Sequence record: NC_019769.1 | Reading direction: 5' to 3' (one strand) | Source of the DNA: Escherichia phage HK542 | Length of the DNA: 38,964 nucleotides | Shown: positions 35,973-38,964 of the stretch, piece after piece | Position numbering within the stretch: the first letter of the stretch is position 1 | How the letters are laid out: the number at the start of each line of letters is the position of its first letter | Notes under the pieces: model-generated | What the model was told of the DNA's origin: nothing | What the model saw: the letters and a program-made list of their open reading frames with translations, nothing else | Databases searched by the model: none | Program-made: the position numbers and the translations under genes

Positions 35973-36200
35973 ATGTCCAATATCATCCCGATTGATTTCG
36001 AAGGCCATCCCATGCGTTTTTCTGACGATGGCTGGTTTGACGCGACTGCGGCAGCTGACAAGTTCAACAAGGAGCCGGCTCAGTGGCTTAGGCTTCCTGA
36101 GACTGTCCGTTACATCGAGGCGTTAAAGAGTAGATATGGGAATATCACATATGTAAAAACCAGCCGCGCTCGCAAAGACCGTGGCGGCGGTGGTCGATAA
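35973..36200 (+). CDS. KilA-N domain protein
   Basis: 75 aa from ATG 35973; IIPIDFEG..MRF..DGWFDATAAADKFNKEPAQWLRLPETVRYIEAL fits the KilA-N/APSES-type fold. Confidence 0.55.
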   Translation: MSNIIPIDFEGHPMRFSDDGWFDATAAADKFNKEPAQWLRLPETVRYIEALKSRYGNITYVKTSRARKDRGGGGR

Positions 36201-36209
36201 GGGGCTTTT

Positions 36210-37667
36210 ATGGAAGTCTCTATCAATGGCGTACCGTATGTACCAGCTGGTGCCGTATTCTCCCGGATTGGGATTGCAATAACGACGCACCAACGCGCCG
36301 ACGTTCTTAAACGAGCGCTCGAACAGCACATGAAACATCTTCCCGCCGGCGCGCTGGTGGTTGTTATCGATGATGGTTCAAAACCTGCAACGGAAGTTAC
36401 CGACGGCGTGCAGCTGCTTCGCAATGAAACATCACTCGGCATTGTTGCTTCGAAGAACGCCAGCCTGTCTGCCCTGATGGATGCCGGGTGCGAGCACCTG
36501 TTTTTATGGGATGACGACGCCTGGCCTATCGCCGACAACTGGCACCTGCCGTATATCGAATCTCCAGAGCCGCACCTGGCTTATCAGTTTCTCGATCTGG
36601 CTGGCCCGCGAAAGATTAACGATATGACCGTTCTGTACCGGGATGATAAGCATATTGCTTACACTGGGCAGCGCGGAGTGATGTTGTACTACCACCGCAG
36701 CGCCATCGAGAAGGTGGGCGGGTTCGATCCGGTGTATGGCCGGGGCATGTATGAGCATCCTGATCTGGCGCTTCGGATTTATAACGCTGGCTTAACGTCC
36801 TGGGCGTTTGCTGATGTGGTTGGCTCTGAAAAGCTGATTCATTCGATGGATGAATACGAAGAAGGCGCGCGCAGTATACCGAGGCCAGAACGTGAAGCGC
36901 TCGATAAAAAGAACGCTGTGATTTACGGGCAGCGCAGGGATTCAGGATATACAGGCTATGCCGAGTATCGATCTCAGCGTGACGTGGTCATCACTACGTT
37001 ACTAACCAGCCAGCCAGACCCGCAGCGCGGTACGAAAATGGCCGCCTCACCTGACATGCTGGCTAAATGGGCCTCATCGCTCCGGAATTGTGGCCGTATC
37101 GCGCTGGTGGATGAACTACAGACGGCACCGGCAGACGTTGAGCTGTACCGCGTTCCTGACGTGAAGATGAATGTCTACTTCCGGCGCTGGCTGCATATCT
37201 GGCAGCACCTGCGCGATCACCCTGAATATCGGTTCGTCTGGTGTACCGATGGTACCGACGTCGAAATGCTTCGCGCGCCGTGGGAAGAAATGCAGCCCGG
37301 GACTGTTTACGTCGGTTCTGAACCGAAGACCTACGCCGACACCTGGGCGAAACAGAATCATCCTGAGCGTATCTATCAGGAATTCATTGAAGCGCACCGC
37401 AACGATGTGATGCTTAACGCTGGTCTGCTGGGTGGCAGCCGCGCTGATGTAATGGCGTTCGCTCACGGCATCATCCGTCTTTACTACCGGATCGAGAGTT
37501 ATCGTTTCTGGAAGAAAGAACAGGCTGGCGCCGCGGTGGGTGACATGCTGGCATTCGGTATTGTCGCGCAGTCATTCGCTGACAGACTGGTCACCGGCCC
37601 TCTGGTACATACCGTTTTCAAAACTGATGGTATCGGTAAGGAGGCCGCATGGTGGAAACACAAGTGA
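36210..37667 (+). CDS. Putative two-domain glycosyltransferase (N-terminal GT2-like GT-A domain)
   Basis: 485 aa; GT2 hallmarks IGIAITTHQR, VVVIDDGS, WDDDAW (DXD), GGFDP...EHPDLALR; C-terminal half has a second GT-A-like pattern (VVITTLL...VWCTDGTDVEM); no TM segments; GC-rich. Confidence 0.7.
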   Translation: MEVSINGVPYVPAGAVFSRIGIAITTHQRADVLKRALEQHMKHLPAGALVVVIDDGSKPATEVTDGVQLLRNETSLGIVASKNASLSALMDAGCEHLFLWDDDAWPIADNWHLPYIESPEPHLAYQFLDLAGPRKINDMTVLYRDDKHIAYTGQRGVMLYYHRSAIEKVGGFDPVYGRGMYEHPDLALRIYNAGLTSWAFADVVGSEKLIHSMDEYEEGARSIPRPEREALDKKNAVIYGQRRDSGYTGYAEYRSQRDVVITTLLTSQPDPQRGTKMAASPDMLAKWASSLRNCGRIALVDELQTAPADVELYRVPDVKMNVYFRRWLHIWQHLRDHPEYRFVWCTDGTDVEMLRAPWEEMQPGTVYVGSEPKTYADTWAKQNHPERIYQEFIEAHRNDVMLNAGLLGGSRADVMAFAHGIIRLYYRIESYRFWKKEQAGAAVGDMLAFGIVAQSFADRLVTGPLVHTVFKTDGIGKEAAWWKHK

Positions 37668-38239
37668 AGTTTGTTGTGGTTGGCCATCACTCTCGCATAG
37701 GTTATGCGCAACGACTTGCCGCGATGCTGGATGCTCATCTGCTTATTGATGAAGGTAACCGCGGCGCTAACTGGAATCATCGTCGCGCTATCGAATGGGC
37801 TGCTGAGCAACCTTGCCGGGTAGTAGTGTTGGAAGACGACGCGCTTCCTGTGCAGGGCTTCACCGATAAGGTAACTGACTGGCTGGTGCGCTTCCCTGAC
37901 GACATGCTGAGCTTTTATCTCGGTACTGGCCGACCGCCGCAGTATCAGAAAGAGATTGCCGGAATGCTGGTGGATGCGGATCGCGTCTGTGGTGACCACA
38001 TCGTATTAAGCAAACTGATTCACGGCGTATGTTACAGCCCTCCTCAGGGCAGGCTGGGGCGCATGCTCAGCACCTGGAATAAAACGCTGGCAGCTGATTA
38101 CGCCGTCGGTGAGGCATTCGGTGGCCGGGTGATTTATCCGTGTTACTCGCTGGTGGATCACGCCGACATGCCGACAGTTGAGCGTCACCCTGACAACGAG
38201 CCGAGGACGGAACGCCGCCGCGCATGGAGACTGGCATGA
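37649..38239 (+). CDS. Putative nucleotide-sugar transferase-like protein
   Basis: 196 aa with AAGGAGG RBS, overlapping the upstream gene; FVVVGHH and VVVLEDDA resemble a GT-A strand plus DXD motif; weak evidence. Confidence 0.4.
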   Translation: MVETQVKFVVVGHHSRIGYAQRLAAMLDAHLLIDEGNRGANWNHRRAIEWAAEQPCRVVVLEDDALPVQGFTDKVTDWLVRFPDDMLSFYLGTGRPPQYQKEIAGMLVDADRVCGDHIVLSKLIHGVCYSPPQGRLGRMLSTWNKTLAADYAVGEAFGGRVIYPCYSLVDHADMPTVERHPDNEPRTERRRAWRLA

Positions 38240-38577
38240 ACAAAGAGCCCCGCGTATATGGCAGCCGATGGGATAAAGCCCGTCTGCGTTTCCTGCAGCA
38301 GCACCCACTATGTGTGATGTGCGAGCAGCAGGGGCGCATAACCCCAGCAACGGTGGTTGACCATATCGTGCCCCACAAACTGAAAGATGCGCTTAAGTCA
38401 GGTAACCCACTGGCCATATCGAAAGCACAGCTCCTGTTCTGGAGTAAAGAGAACTGGCAGCCACTGTGCAAAGCGCATCATGACTCAACGAAACAGAGAA
38501 TGGAGAAGAGCGGCACGGTAATAGGCTGTGATGCCAACGGCTACCCGCTCGATCCTGCGTCTCACTGGAGCACGTAA
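38224..38577 (+). CDS. HNH endonuclease (terminase-associated)
   Basis: 117 aa with HNH-type pattern (CVMCEQQG...VDHIVPH...LCKAHHD); alternative ATGA-coupled start at 38236; sits just upstream of terS on the circular map. Confidence 0.85.
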   Translation: METGMNKEPRVYGSRWDKARLRFLQQHPLCVMCEQQGRITPATVVDHIVPHKLKDALKSGNPLAISKAQLLFWSKENWQPLCKAHHDSTKQRMEKSGTVIGCDANGYPLDPASHWST

Positions 38578-38780
38578 TGAAAGACCTCAGCATTGAATAC
38601 CGAGACGGTAAGTTTGTTCAGCTGGCGATTGATGGCGTGGAGATGAAGCGCGTAACATCTATCCAGTTCTCCCACACCGTAGGCGAGGACGTACCGACAT
38701 TGACCGTCTCAGGACATGTGTGGTCCGAGTATGGGAAAGGCGATCACAAACTCGAACAGGTAGACAAACATTCGGCATAG
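38577..38780 (+). CDS. Hypothetical small protein
   Basis: 67-aa ORF with TAATG overlap to the HNH stop. Confidence 0.4.
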   Translation: MKDLSIEYRDGKFVQLAIDGVEMKRVTSIQFSHTVGEDVPTLTVSGHVWSEYGKGDHKLEQVDKHSA

Positions 38781-38964
38781 CGCGGCGGCGGCAAGTCGAT
38801 TATCTATCATGTGAAATCATTTCAAATGCAACGATATCAAATGAGAATGAATCGCATTCATGGCAGGGGGGGGATCAAATCTTCAAAACCTTTGCCCCAA
38901 ATGACCGCCGCCAAAGTTTGAATTTAACGCTAACCCGATTTTTTTAGTTTTAAGGTGTTGACAT

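Noticed and set aside
35793-36008. 71-aa minus-strand ORF after Rz
   Set aside because: Overlaps the Rz terminator and the start of the KilA-N gene on the opposite strand; no RBS; likely spurious.

Overview
This 38,964-bp window reads as an essentially complete lambdoid temperate siphophage genome in the phage (attP) arrangement, linearised at the small-terminase start codon. All calls below rest on reading the sequence and the ORF track against remembered phage protein families; no database search was run. Gene order on the + strand: terS, terL, portal, prohead protease, HK97-type major capsid protein, head-tail joining genes, major tail protein, G/GT chaperones with a lambda-type GGGAAAG -1 frameshift, tape measure, M, L, K, I, J, a tail fibre, then attP whose core matches the 3' end of a tRNA-Thr(CGU) gene. 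On the - strand follow a P22-like integrase and excisionase, early-left genes (SSB-like, Erf, cIII, N) and lambda-type OL/PL. The cI, cro, cII, OR, nutR, Q, PR' and S-R-Rz/Rz1 regions are almost identical to lambda, while replication uses a different O-like initiator with 11-bp iterons and a DnaB-family helicase. The strongest candidates for undescribed biology are (1) a two-gene, translationally coupled, AT-rich cassette sitting exactly where lambda carries rexA-rexB, between the cI stop and a tIMM-like terminator, and (2) a KilA-N protein plus two putative glycosyltransferases inserted between the lysis cassette and the HNH endonuclease. Smaller moron-like insertions are a small membrane protein between K and I, a lipoprotein after J, and an AT-rich 207-aa gene next to N.
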